In this document: one piece after another, positions 39,053 through 48,988 of the stretch
How the letters are laid out: every line of letters begins with the position of its first letter
Numbering within the stretch: position 1 is the first letter of the stretch
IMG/VR virus record: IMGVR_UViG_3300036831_000092
Span: 1 to 58,047 of that record
Source of the DNA: a virus
Lineage: Duplodnaviria; Caudoviricetes
DNA: 58,047 nt
Strand: one strand, 5' to 3'
Translations under genes and position numbers: made by a program
Notes under the pieces: model-generated
Database searches by the model: none
What the model saw: the letters and a program-made list of their open reading frames with translations, nothing else
What the model was told of the DNA's origin: nothing

Positions 39053-39541
39053 TCATGCTTCCGCCTTCGGAGCGATGGGCTTGCGACTCTTCGCTTGCTT
39101 CTTGGGCTTCGCCCGTTGCACGGTCTTGCTGTCGCCGAACCCGAGTTCGATTTGTACGCCGCAGCGTTTGAGGCAAGCGACCTGCATCCTCTTGGCCTCG
39201 CCCTTGTGGTAGTCGGACCGTTGGACGTGGTAGCCGATGACCTGCCGATAGTCTTCTTTGTTGAAGAGGACTTCCTGCTTATAAACGCGAACGGTGTCGC
39301 CGTCGCTGTTGACGTTCTCAATACTGTGAAAGACGCGCTCGCCGTTCTTGTCTTTGGCCTCGCGCGCGAACTTTCGCGCAAGAGATTTCTTGGCCTCGAA
39401 GATGGCACTCTCAAGAAATTCATCAGTCCAGAAATCTCCCGCGTCGAGACGCGCGACGATCTCTTCAATCGAGAGAAAGCCTTTCGATTTCGTCAGCCGA
39501 AGGAACAGGCTACGCAACTTTTCTTTTTGCTTGTCGGTCAT
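39053..39541 (-). CDS. Hypothetical protein
   Basis: GGAG RBS; overlaps ParB end. Confidence 0.6.
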   Translation of the reverse strand: MTDKQKEKLRSLFLRLTKSKGFLSIEEIVARLDAGDFWTDEFLESAIFEAKKSLARKFAREAKDKNGERVFHSIENVNSDGDTVRVYKQEVLFNKEDYRQVIGYHVQRSDYHKGEAKRMQVACLKRCGVQIELGFGDSKTVQRAKPKKQAKSRKPIAPKAEA

Positions 39542-40394
39542 GCTTTACTCCGTTCAAGGCAGTTTCAATCTGCCTCAGTTCGTCAATCATTTCGCGCACT
39601 TGGGCGAGGTAGGCTTTCCTCTCTTGGGCGCTCCATGACTGTGTTAGCTCGACTACCCCGCCGAGAGAATGAATGCTGTTGAACATCTTTAAGATTTCGT
39701 ATGCGACCTTCCCCCACTTTTCGCCGGGAGTTTTCTTCGGGCGGACGAGTCTCGGCTTTTCGGCTAAGTCGGCTAGAACGTCTTGATCGTTTTCGGCGAG
39801 GGCCTTGCGTGCTTCCTTCTGTTCCGGTTCTGGAAGCTTCTCAAGATTCTTGGCGACGGTGAGCGCGTCCTTTTGCGTTGGGATGATGGCGATTTCGGGA
39901 AACTTCTCGACGGCGGCGACGTGCTCTTTCGCGCGATGAATAGTCGTGACAGGGGTATTAATTCGTTCAGAGGTTTTGGCTAAGTTGCCTGCCGTTGCGG
40001 GGCGACCGCCCTTCTTAGTTTTTTCCACGGCGGAAAAAACCTCGCCCTCTTTAGCGGTGATTCGCTCTGCTGTCTCTACGAGTTCAACTAAAACGCGCGA
40101 GCGTTCATAAGCCGAGAGGTCTTTGCGCCGGATGTTCTCTTCAAGCTCAAGTTCCCTGCGCTCGTCCTCGGAAAGTTCGGAGTAGAAGCGGGCGTCAATC
40201 TCGTCACGCCCCAACTTCTGAAAGGCTTTGACGCGGCGACCGCCCGCGATGAGGTTTAAGTCGGCGTCAACGACTATCGGCTGAATCAGCCCAAACTGAC
40301 TGATGCTGTCGGCCAGAGCGTCTATGTCGCCGTAGTCTTCACGGCGGCGGATGCCGATCTTGATTTCATCAATGAAGACTGATTGGACTTTCAT
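39510..40394 (-). CDS. ParB/Spo0J-like protein
   Basis: 'LADSISQFGLIQPIVV', 'LIAGGRR', 'ENIRRKDL'. Confidence 0.85.
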   Translation of the reverse strand: MKVQSVFIDEIKIGIRRREDYGDIDALADSISQFGLIQPIVVDADLNLIAGGRRVKAFQKLGRDEIDARFYSELSEDERRELELEENIRRKDLSAYERSRVLVELVETAERITAKEGEVFSAVEKTKKGGRPATAGNLAKTSERINTPVTTIHRAKEHVAAVEKFPEIAIIPTQKDALTVAKNLEKLPEPEQKEARKALAENDQDVLADLAEKPRLVRPKKTPGEKWGKVAYEILKMFNSIHSLGGVVELTQSWSAQERKAYLAQVREMIDELRQIETALNGVKHDRQAKRKVA

Positions 40395-40434
40395 GCCGCA
40401 GCCTCTTGTGGTTGGTCACGCTGGAATTGGAGTT

Positions 40435-40683
40435 TCATGCTGCTTCGACTTCGCGCGAGTATTTAGACTTGGGGCTGGCTGAAGGCTCGCGCCCGACCTT
40501 GTTGACGGACACTCCGAGATATTCGGCCAACTTCACCCTGATTTCCGGGTAAACGTGATAGCCCCTGCGGTGGATGACACGGGAGACGACTTCGGGAGTG
40601 ACCCCCCACAGCCGAGCAAGCCCTGCGATGGTGTCGCCCCTTTTCAGTATCTTGACCTTGATTTCTAAAGGCGAAAGTGACAT
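40435..40683 (-). CDS. Cro/Ner-like HTH protein
   Basis: 'TIAGLARLWGVTPEVVSRVI'; divergent from repressor; AAAGGA RBS. Confidence 0.75.
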   Translation of the reverse strand: MSLSPLEIKVKILKRGDTIAGLARLWGVTPEVVSRVIHRRGYHVYPEIRVKLAEYLGVSVNKVGREPSASPKSKYSREVEAA

Positions 40684-40725
40684 TGTTTTCCTTTGTGTGT
40701 CTTGTTCATGCAAGACACGAGAAGG

Positions 40726-40755
40726 AGTATATGGTTATTAAATAACCAATGTCAA
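40726..40755 (-). promoter_or_regulatory. Leftward early promoter with palindromic operator
   Basis: TTGACA-N18-TATACT containing TGGTTATTAAATAACCA (40732-40748). Confidence 0.85.
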
Positions 40756-40764
40756 GAAGAAAAT

Positions 40765-41406
40765 ATGTCCTGGAAATCCCTAGAAGAAAAAAAGAGGTCA
40801 AAAGAAATCGCCGATAAGGTGAGCGGGGTGGTGGAAGACTATCAAAAACAATATTTTGCGGAGAATCATATTCGCATATCAGTTCGCGAACTAGAAAGGC
40901 GAATGGACATGACTCACCCCATGTTAGATAACATAATGAAAAATAAGAATAATCTGCTTGATGACCGCTCTAGATGGTCTTTAATTAAGATTGGCGAATA
41001 TTTCGGAACATATTTTGACGAGGAAGAACTAAAGCCTTATATAGATACTTCAAAGGCGAGAGCGCGGGAGACCAAATCCGAAAAACCGCCTTTACCTGAG
41101 GCGAAAGAGGAGTCGAAAGATAAACTCGGAATTACCCGCAGCGATGTTAAGGGAGTTGCCGATGTCCAGGTGATTGGCAGACCTGTTGTACGCGCTTTGG
41201 TAAAAGAGCAAAATGAGGGGCTTGGGATCACAATAAGAACGGCGTCCGTCATTACTTTCATTAAAGCAATGGCTAACGAAAGGGGCGAGTCGATTGATAA
41301 TATAGGCGAAACACTTATGCTGCGTGGAATGCGAATTTTCCAGCAACAGGCGCAAATAGACAAACTGCGTAAACCCAAGAAGCCGCCTAAATCTAAAAGG
41401 AAGTGA
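40765..41406 (+). CDS. Putative immunity repressor
   Basis: HTH 'SVRELERRMDMTHPMLDNIM'; position between two operator-bearing promoters; no S24 peptidase motif seen. Confidence 0.65.
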   Translation: MSWKSLEEKKRSKEIADKVSGVVEDYQKQYFAENHIRISVRELERRMDMTHPMLDNIMKNKNNLLDDRSRWSLIKIGEYFGTYFDEEELKPYIDTSKARARETKSEKPPLPEAKEESKDKLGITRSDVKGVADVQVIGRPVVRALVKEQNEGLGITIRTASVITFIKAMANERGESIDNIGETLMLRGMRIFQQQAQIDKLRKPKKPPKSKRK

Positions 41407-41415
41407 GGTTAGTCC

Positions 41416-41832
41416 ATGAACTCTTGCCCCTGGTGTGGCAGACCCTCCCGTCGGCCATACAAACTGTGCGATGATTGTTACCAAAGAGCCATAAGCTTGC
41501 CTACGGTACCCGTGGAGGAGTTCGACCGTTTGCCATATGGCATTATTGAGTTGGACGCATCTGGCAAGGTACTGGCATTCAACCGTTTTGAGGCAACCCG
41601 TTCCTGTTGCCGGCCTCAAGATGTTATCGGCAAAAACTTCTTCCGCGACATTGCGCCCTGCACTAACGTACAAGAGTACGAAGGGCGATTCAGAAGCTTT
41701 CTCAGTTCCGATGAGGTCGAGGAAGAGTTTGATTTTACCTACCCCTTTGAGCCAGACACAGTGGTGCACATCGTTTTCGTCAAGGTGCTCGACAGTTGTG
41801 TGCTGATAGTCAGTAAAGAAAAGGTGGCCTGA
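41416..41832 (+). CDS. Photoactive yellow protein-like PAS protein with N-terminal Zn ribbon
   Basis: 'LPYGIIELD..G..LAFN..E..P..VIGKNFFRDIAPCT' matches PYP signature including chromophore Cys. Confidence 0.85.
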   Translation: MNSCPWCGRPSRRPYKLCDDCYQRAISLPTVPVEEFDRLPYGIIELDASGKVLAFNRFEATRSCCRPQDVIGKNFFRDIAPCTNVQEYEGRFRSFLSSDEVEEEFDFTYPFEPDTVVHIVFVKVLDSCVLIVSKEKVA

Positions 41833-41851
41833 AAGGAGACTCCATGCAGCC

Positions 41852-42157
41852 ATGAGCACATCAAGTCGCTATCCCCTCTTAGAAATAATTGCTTTCATAT
41901 TGCAGATTGTCTCCGCGTTGACGGTCGTTGCGGCTCTGACTTTGGCGGTAAAGACTTACATGGACGTAGAAGATCATACTACGCCCGCATTTATTTACTC
42001 TGTCGGCGTTACTCTCTTAATGGGAGTCGTCGTCGCAACGGTCGTGTGGGTAGTCGCCGGCGTTCTCCTTATATTGATTCACATCGAAGAAAACACACGC
42101 CAGTTAGCCGAGTCGTTGAAGCTACGGGATGAAATCGCGGGCGCGTTGAAGGGATAA
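41852..42157 (+). CDS. Two-TM membrane protein
   Basis: Hydrophobic helices, 'IHIEENTR'; AAGGAG RBS. Confidence 0.7.
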   Translation: MSTSSRYPLLEIIAFILQIVSALTVVAALTLAVKTYMDVEDHTTPAFIYSVGVTLLMGVVVATVVWVVAGVLLILIHIEENTRQLAESLKLRDEIAGALKG

Positions 42158-42214
42158 ATGAGGTGCGGGCGAGTTAAAGTGTACGAAGCTTATAAGGTGT
42201 GAAAAGGAAAATCT

Positions 42215-42640
42215 ATGTCGGATGAAGTTAAAGGCGTTGTGGAGTTTTCTGAGGTCGTAGATGTTGCCATCAGAGAAGACGGCGAGGAAGTCAAACTCAC
42301 CTGTAAGGGCGACGACGGCCTGCTGTTCGATATGCTCATACCGGTGGATGCCGTCGTCCCTCTCAGTAAGCGTCTTCTGGAAATCGGACGTTCTGCGCGC
42401 ATCAGCAAGATGGCCTCGCGCCCCGTCATCTTCCGCCAGCCGCAATTCACGACGCCGCCCCCGCTCTTTCTAGTTACCGGACTATCCGGCGTCGTGTACC
42501 CCGAATCAGGGCAAATTGATTTACAGATAACACCGATGCGTGGGCCGGACATTCAACTGAGCCTGCCAGCCGAGAACGCGAAAGCACTTTTTGACCTTCT
42601 GCTTCAGGTTTATAACCTTGACGACCAAAAGCCGAGTTGA
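42215..42640 (+). CDS. Hypothetical protein (immunity region)
   Basis: AAGGA RBS; ORF track. Confidence 0.6.
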   Translation: MSDEVKGVVEFSEVVDVAIREDGEEVKLTCKGDDGLLFDMLIPVDAVVPLSKRLLEIGRSARISKMASRPVIFRQPQFTTPPPLFLVTGLSGVVYPESGQIDLQITPMRGPDIQLSLPAENAKALFDLLLQVYNLDDQKPS

Positions 42641-42777
42641 AATGCGCGTCCAGTTCCCCTGCCTCGCTCTCGCTTAACTTGACGTAGCTGACCTCTAATT
42701 CCGCCACAATCCACCTCCCCTAACTAGCCCTTAAATCCGAGAGCAAAAATTCTTTTCAGAGGATAGCATTTTTCTGC

Positions 42778-42806
42778 TTGACGTGGTTATTAAATAACCA
42801 TATAAT
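42778..42806 (+). promoter_or_regulatory. Rightward early promoter with identical operator
   Basis: TTGACG-N17-TATAAT; the spacer is TGGTTATTAAATAACCA. Confidence 0.88.
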
Positions 42807-42864
42807 ATTTTTGTCTTGCAAGGGCAAGACAGGCGGGGGCCGAACACTTAGAGAGGTGACGAAG

Positions 42865-43110
42865 ATGACCGGCACATTCAAAGGCTCATACAGATTCAAG
42901 CCCGAAGGTCGCCAGTGGGAAGTAATGAGTGAGAGCGGCAACAGCTACACCGTGACCATCTGGGTTGACCCTCAGTTCGGACGCCTCGCGCTCTGTTCAT
43001 GCCGCGCATCCGAGTTCGACCGCCCTTGCCGTCACCTTCAATTCATCGGCTGCGCCGACGCGGTTCTATTTGACGCCCCGGTTCGTGAGATTCAGCCCAT
43101 CGCAGCCTAG
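42865..43110 (+). CDS. SWIM zinc-finger protein
   Basis: 'SESGNSYTV..CSC..PCRHL'. Confidence 0.75.
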   Translation: MTGTFKGSYRFKPEGRQWEVMSESGNSYTVTIWVDPQFGRLALCSCRASEFDRPCRHLQFIGCADAVLFDAPVREIQPIAA

Positions 43111-43123
43111 AAGGAGAAAAGTC

Positions 43124-43687
43124 ATGGCGGTCGAGAAAAGCGAATGCTTTCTGTGTGACGAGCAATGGCCGATGTCGCGCGACGAGCCGGGGGAACATGA
43201 CATCGAGGCGGATGGAATTTACAGCACCGCCCCATGTCACAAGCCGGAAGAGTATGCGAAGTATCAGGCACGCGCCGAGAGAGATGCGGCGGTCACGGTC
43301 TTGTGGGTGAAAGCCTGTGAGCGTTGGCCTCGTTACCCGATGATGCGCGACTCGTATTTTCGAGACCTGTTGAATGAGCGAGGCATCCAGTTCGGCCAGA
43401 TGTTCCGAGTACTCCCGGAAGTGGGCGAGGTGGATGTGAGGCGGGCAAGCTTCGGTTGGTATGGCGAGCTGATGACTGCCGAGTTCGGCTTGGTTGGTGA
43501 GTACGGAAAGAGTCCGGAAGAAGCGGCGAGCAAGGCGCAGGCGCGGTACGAAGAATTGAAGAAAGGTGCAGCGTCCTGCCCGCTCTGCGCGGAACCGTTA
43601 GCTGGCGAGCAATACTTCCATCTGGCGTGCGCCCAACGCGAGAACGCCGATGATGACAACGCCGATTGGAACGCTTGGGAGGTCTAA
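43124..43687 (+). CDS. Hypothetical protein
   Basis: AAGGAG RBS before ATG 43124. Confidence 0.6.
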   Translation: MAVEKSECFLCDEQWPMSRDEPGEHDIEADGIYSTAPCHKPEEYAKYQARAERDAAVTVLWVKACERWPRYPMMRDSYFRDLLNERGIQFGQMFRVLPEVGEVDVRRASFGWYGELMTAEFGLVGEYGKSPEEAASKAQARYEELKKGAASCPLCAEPLAGEQYFHLACAQRENADDDNADWNAWEV

Positions 43688-43723
43688 GTGCCCGTCCGTG
43701 AGATTCAGCCAATAGCAGCATAG

Positions 43724-46700
43724 GTGTTGAGATTTGATATGCGAGCCGATAGTTACCGATTCTTAAAACGCTTGGGCGACGGGCTTGTGGTACTCGACTG
43801 CGGAGAATACGGCGAGCAGCTTTGGTCACAAACGAAAACTCGCAAGCCTTTCAGGTGCGCCCTTTGTAACAAAGACGGCAAGAGCGGCGATGAAGCTTTC
43901 CGCCCGCTGACCAACGCGCACAACCGCATGGAGCGCATCCATACTACCTGCCTCAGGCCTATCATTGAGGCATTTAAGGGTGAACAGTGATGACTCAACC
44001 ACTACCCAAAGAACAACCCGAATCTTCCGTGCTCACCCTGCGCGATCTTGCCCGGAGGGTGACGGTCTATCCGGCACTCGGCAACCGCTTCCGCGTCATT
44101 CTCGGTTCGGGCAGGGTCACGTGGGCTACCGCACGTTGGCAGAACGGTGAGCCGGTTGTCGAGTGTGTCAACGTGGTGGCGAAACTGGCTGTTGAAATTC
44201 ACGAAAGGGCAAGAGCGGCCCGCTCTCAAGGGCTGTGAGCGTTAAGGGGCGAGGTCTGCCCGGAAGGAGAGAAGCGATGAGCGACACTTTTGAGAGACGG
44301 CATACGGGCGAGATGCGGGCACGAATAGAAGCTCTCTTCCAGATGGCTCGCCCCTGGCAGGTCTTGAACCTCATGTCGCGCCACTGGCAGGAAATTCTCA
44401 ACTCCGGCCCGACGTTGGAGGCCGAACGTGCAGAGGCACTGTTTTGCGCCTCGCACTTCCGCTGGATGTGCGACGAACTACGCGCCCTGGATACGGCTGA
44501 GTCAGCCGAAGAAGATCGGAAGGAAGAGGCCGGGGAGTACGACGTAATCCACGCGGGCGTGGCTGAAATCGCCAAGACCTATCAGCCCAAGCCCCGTACC
44601 TTTCCGCACCGCTACGACAGTCAGGACGGGAGGTGTGTTTACTGCGGCCAGATTGAACATTTACCCAGCGAGGACTGTGTAGTACTCCGCCAGGCTGCGG
44701 AGTCATTGAGAAAGTCAGCTGCCTAAAACCTACCCCGCCGGGGTGTATTCCGTGGCGAAGGAGGAGACGTGACGACTCAAAGACTAGTCAGCGCCCGCAG
44801 CAACTTCAACCTCGAAACCGTCACCAAGTCCGGCAAGTGTCGCGGCTGCAAGACGAAGATCGAGGCCGGGGAAAAGGTGTACGTCTCGCGCTTCACCAAC
44901 CCGCACAACAAAAGGCAGAACTGTGTGGCATACCTGTGCAACCTTGAAAGCTGCTGGGAAGACTACGACGAGCAACTATTCCCGCAGATGGCAGAGCACT
45001 TCGACGGAGAAAGGACAAACGTCTAATGGGCGCACGTATCGTCAACGACGTGGACGAACGGGGCAGGCCACGCACAACCATTTATTGTTCGCGCGACCGC
45101 CGCCCGAAGGTCTGCTATGCGTGCGGCAATCCCGCCGTGCGGTTGTGCGACTTCAAGGTTGAAACTGGAACGTGCGACAGGTCGCTTTGCGTTGACCACT
45201 TTAAGCGCGTCGCCTTCCAGACCGACTATTGCATTGAGCACTCGGAAGTTTGAGACTCAAGCAAACCTGAGTCGAGGCTCCCCAGCAGACAAGGAGATGA
45301 GAGTACATGGCAATGCTCAACGAAGAGGCCGATGCTCAGGCAGAGGAAATAGCCTTCCGCTTCTTTGCTGCGGCACACCCGCATGAAGCCCACGCGGATC
45401 AACCTGAAAGGTTCTGGCATTTCTTCAGTGAGGAATGTCCGCGCGTGAGCCGCGAGGTGATGGAGAAACTGCTGGACACGGAGATCAACCCTTGAGCGCA
45501 CAACCCAAGAGGATACATAAGTGTACCGAATGCGGGGCTGAGATTATCGCCATCCTGCCCACACTTGCGCCAGCCAGTGCAGATGTTATCTGCCTTGAAT
45601 GTTCGGGCGCATCCATTGACGATTTCTTTGACGATGGCACATCCCCTTTTGAGCCGCGCCGTTGTTATGGATGCGGCGACTACAAGGACGAAGAAATGTG
45701 CCCTAACTGCGATTACTGATTGCGAGGCATGTATGTCAGAACCGACAACGTGTGGCCTGTCCATCTCCGAGTTGATTGCCGAACACGGTCTTGAGTGTGG
45801 CAACTGCGGGAAGTGGCGAATAATTTCCGCCGAGGGTGACGTGGAAGATTGCCCCTGCGGAGACGAAGGCTGGAATCTGTACGACAAGGCAGACGTTATC
45901 GTGCCTTGAATAGTTACTAGATAAATCATGGGACTCATTCTCGACAACGAAACTACCGCTCAGCCCAAAGCTTCTTACGCCCACATCCGCGCTGAAGGGG
46001 CATCAGTAGCACTGTGCGGGTCAAGATGGGGCTGGCCCGCCAACATGCTGGACGAAGTAAATCTTGATGACGCCTGGCCCTATGATTCTTATTGTGAGAT
46101 TTGCAGGGCGGTGTATGAGAGGGAGAGGGCGGATAGCTCCCGGCGTTAAAAACGCGGGCGGCTTCTTTGGTTGATTATGTCTCGGCCAACTCCGACAACA
46201 AATCTAAAAGGTGCTGCATTCGGATTCTTGAGTCCGCGCGGCTCTTTTTACCCTTGTAAGTATTGGGGACACTTTGAATTAGCTACAAAGTTGGCGCGTC
46301 ACTGGCAACCCGGCTCACTCGGAGATGTGCGCCCTGATGGCTCAATGTTAACCCGTGCAACCCCTGACCAATATTTGCTTGAACATGGGTGGTTGCGACT
46401 GAGCGATTACCAATGGCTTGGCTATCAGCCGTTAAAGCAACGCCAAATTGATGCTTTATGGGATTGGTGCCAAGCAAACAATAAAGCTTTCCCGCCGTCG
46501 GGCGTGGATATAGCGGAGGGCACTTCCTCCGCGCCATAGCCTTAAACGTGCTTAGGGATTGACGATGGGGCGCGGGGACTACCGCAAGCACTTCAGCCGG
46601 GAGGCTGATGAGGCGATGGAGGATAAAGAGGAATGGGTGACGAGTTGCAGGGAATGGACAAAATACACAACATCTGCGCCGACACGTTGAACGCGCGCAT

Positions 46701-46878
46701 GACAGAGGCGAGGGAGTTGATTGACTCGGCTGCTGAGTGCCTGTTCAGGCACGACTACACACAGGCGGCGGTCAGGCTTGAAGGGCTAAAGAGACTCGGC
46801 ACGTTTAGTCCGTTGGAGTTCAGTATCTTCGATGCCGCTTCAGGAGACGCCTCACGGGAGGGTCACTTGTCTGTCTGA
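43724..46878 (+). other. String of small, mostly Cys-rich early hypothetical genes
   Basis: Tightly packed plus-strand ORFs (43724, 43987, ~44277, 44769, 45026, 45307, 45928, 46171, 46633), several with RBS. Confidence 0.55.
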
Positions 46879-46895
46879 CCAGGGGGATAGATGGT

Positions 46896-47108
46896 ATGCG
46901 AGAGGAAAGAAAAAGACTGAGTACAGCCAAAGAGATCGCGGAGTTGCTTAACACTTCGCGCCGGATGGTTCACTACTTCCGAAAGCGCCACGGTATGCCC
47001 GCCTGTCGGTTCGGCCCGCGCACCTATCGGTTCGACAGGGATGATGTTCTCCGCTGGAGCGAGAACTTCAACACGAAAGGCTCGCGGCCTGACCTCCGGG
47101 CGGTGTAG
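46896..47108 (+). CDS. xis: Excisionase (HTH_17-like)
   Basis: 'STAKEIAELLNTSRRMV..GMPA..YRFDRDDV..W'; upstream of integrase. Confidence 0.8.
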   Translation: MREERKRLSTAKEIAELLNTSRRMVHYFRKRHGMPACRFGPRTYRFDRDDVLRWSENFNTKGSRPDLRAV

Positions 47109-47154
47109 GATAGCGCCCTCCGGCAGCACCGGGGCGCGGGAAAGGACTACCCGC

Positions 47155-48210
47155 ATGGCAGTCAAAGAGCGACCGTTCAAGGGAAGCGGGCACTGGCATT
47201 TTGATTTTCGGGTGTCAGGCGCGCGCTACCGCGGCACGATACCGGAAGCCCGCACTAAGCCTCAAGCTAAACAGGCTGAGGCGAAACTGCGGACTCTCAT
47301 CTTCGAGGGCAAGTACGAGAAGGCCGCAAAGCCCATGACCTTCTCGGAATTTTTGGAAGGGCACTACAAAGACTACTGCAAGACGCACGTCAAGGCGTGG
47401 CGGCAGATGTTTAATTGCGCCGCGTTAGCCTGCGATTTCTTCGCGGGCAAACACCTCTCGGAAATCTCGGCCTTCCACGTAGAGAAGTACAAGGTCGAGC
47501 GAATAAGGACGCCGACCATAAAGGGCACGACACGCAAGGCCAACACCCTGAACCACGAACTGATGGCGCTCTCGCACGCTTTGAACCTGGCCGTCAGGCT
47601 CGGATTCTTAAAGGCCAATCCCGCGTCGCGGGTCAGGCGTCCGAAGTGGGAGCGCAGGGAGAGGTATTTGACTGCGGAGGAAGAAAGCCGACTCCGCGAA
47701 GTGATTAACGCGGGCCGCGACCCGTGGATCGGCGACCTGACTCTCTTCGCTTTAAACACCGGCATGAGGCAGTCGGAGATACTTCAACTTGAATGGTCGC
47801 GCGTTGACTTCTCCAGAGGGGTAGTTAAGGTTACACAGACCAAGACCTGCACCGCCAGAGAAGTACCCTTAAATGCCGAAGCCCGGAGCGTGCTGGAGGC
47901 GCGTGAAGGTGGAATAAGGTTCGTCTTCGCCGAATGCGGAATGTTGTTGCACCGGGCGACCCTTAGTCGGAGGTTTAAGGCTTTGAAGAAAGAGGCCGAG
48001 ATAGAGGACTTCCACTTCCACGATCTTCGTCACACCACCGCGACCAAGATGCTTGACGCCGGAATCAGGGAGAGTGTTATCGCCAGAGTTTTGGGCCACT
48101 CATCAACGGCAATGACGGCCATTTACGCCCACGTCAAGGACGAACAGACGAAGGCCGCCGTGGAATCTCTTGGTCACGTTCCGGTCACAGCGGAAAGAAA
48201 AACCGCTTGA
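47155..48210 (+). CDS. int: Tyrosine integrase
   Basis: TGMRQSE, FHDLRHT, LGHSS, YAH catalytic motifs. Confidence 0.95.
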   Translation: MAVKERPFKGSGHWHFDFRVSGARYRGTIPEARTKPQAKQAEAKLRTLIFEGKYEKAAKPMTFSEFLEGHYKDYCKTHVKAWRQMFNCAALACDFFAGKHLSEISAFHVEKYKVERIRTPTIKGTTRKANTLNHELMALSHALNLAVRLGFLKANPASRVRRPKWERRERYLTAEEESRLREVINAGRDPWIGDLTLFALNTGMRQSEILQLEWSRVDFSRGVVKVTQTKTCTAREVPLNAEARSVLEAREGGIRFVFAECGMLLHRATLSRRFKALKKEAEIEDFHFHDLRHTTATKMLDAGIRESVIARVLGHSSTAMTAIYAHVKDEQTKAAVESLGHVPVTAERKTA

Positions 48211-48343
48211 TTTCTTGGAGAAGTTGCTAAGCGCAACATTCTCTCATAGTATGTCGCACCACGAAGGCGCGCGCAAATCGGTCGGCGCGGGCGCGTTCGT
48301 CGCACGGAAGTTCAGCGAATCTTATTTCCACGGGAGGCCGCCC

Positions 48344-48907
48344 TTGTCTTCTTCCGCCATCGCCCCTTCGGAGTTCAGCAACCCCAACCTCGAACCGCTC
48401 TTCACGGCGGAGCAGATTCAGGCGCGCGTCGCGGAGATGGGTGCAGCGATAGCGCGCGACTACGCGGGCGGGACGCCGCTTCTGGTCGGCGTGCTCAAAG
48501 GCGCGTGCATCTTCCTGAGCGACCTGGTGCGCGCCACAGACCTGCGGCTCGGCGTCGAGTTCATGGCGATTTCAAGCTACGGCATGGGCATGCGCTCGTC
48601 GGGCGAGGTGAGAATCGTGAAGGACTTGGACGTGCCGGTCGAGGGGCGCGACATCCTCATCGTCGAGGACATCGTGGACACAGGGCTGACGCTCTCCTAC
48701 CTGATCGCCAGCCTCCACGGGCGCGGCGCGAAGAGCGTCAAACTTGCCGCCCTGCTCGACAAGTGGGAGCGGCGCGAGCGCGAGGTGACGATTGATTACT
48801 GCGGCTTCCGCATCCCGGACGCCTTCGTCGTCGGCTACGGGCTGGACTTCGCCGAGCGCTACCGCAACCTGCCATATATCGCCATTCTAAAAGACCCGAA
48901 CGCGTAA
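48344..48907 (+). CDS. hpt: Hypoxanthine phosphoribosyltransferase
   Basis: VLKGA, IVEDIVDTGLT, FVVGYGLD; GGAGG RBS before TTG 48344. Confidence 0.95.
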   Translation: MSSSAIAPSEFSNPNLEPLFTAEQIQARVAEMGAAIARDYAGGTPLLVGVLKGACIFLSDLVRATDLRLGVEFMAISSYGMGMRSSGEVRIVKDLDVPVEGRDILIVEDIVDTGLTLSYLIASLHGRGAKSVKLAALLDKWERREREVTIDYCGFRIPDAFVVGYGLDFAERYRNLPYIAILKDPNA

Positions 48908-48988
48908 ATCGTCAATCGTCAAACGTGAATAGCAGTCGAGCGGCGCACGCAGCCTGCGTGGTAAGCCGTGGGCGGCGACTTTTTCCGT

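Larger units (their letters stand above)
1..48250. mobile_element. Prophage (siphovirus-like), left end outside window
   Basis: Tail-head-portal-terminase-replication-immunity-xis-int gene order; no sheath gene seen; right boundary inferred just after int, att core not identified. Confidence 0.93.

Noticed and set aside
38936-39682. 248-aa plus-strand ORF and similar overlapping ORFs in the early region
   Set aside because: Antisense shadows of better-supported minus-strand genes, lacking RBS or motifs
47041-47154. Longer integrase start
   Set aside because: Overlaps xis; RBS and typical N-terminus favour ATG 47155
48170-48343. attR of the large prophage
   Set aside because: No tRNA fragment or second copy is visible in the window, so the core cannot be defined
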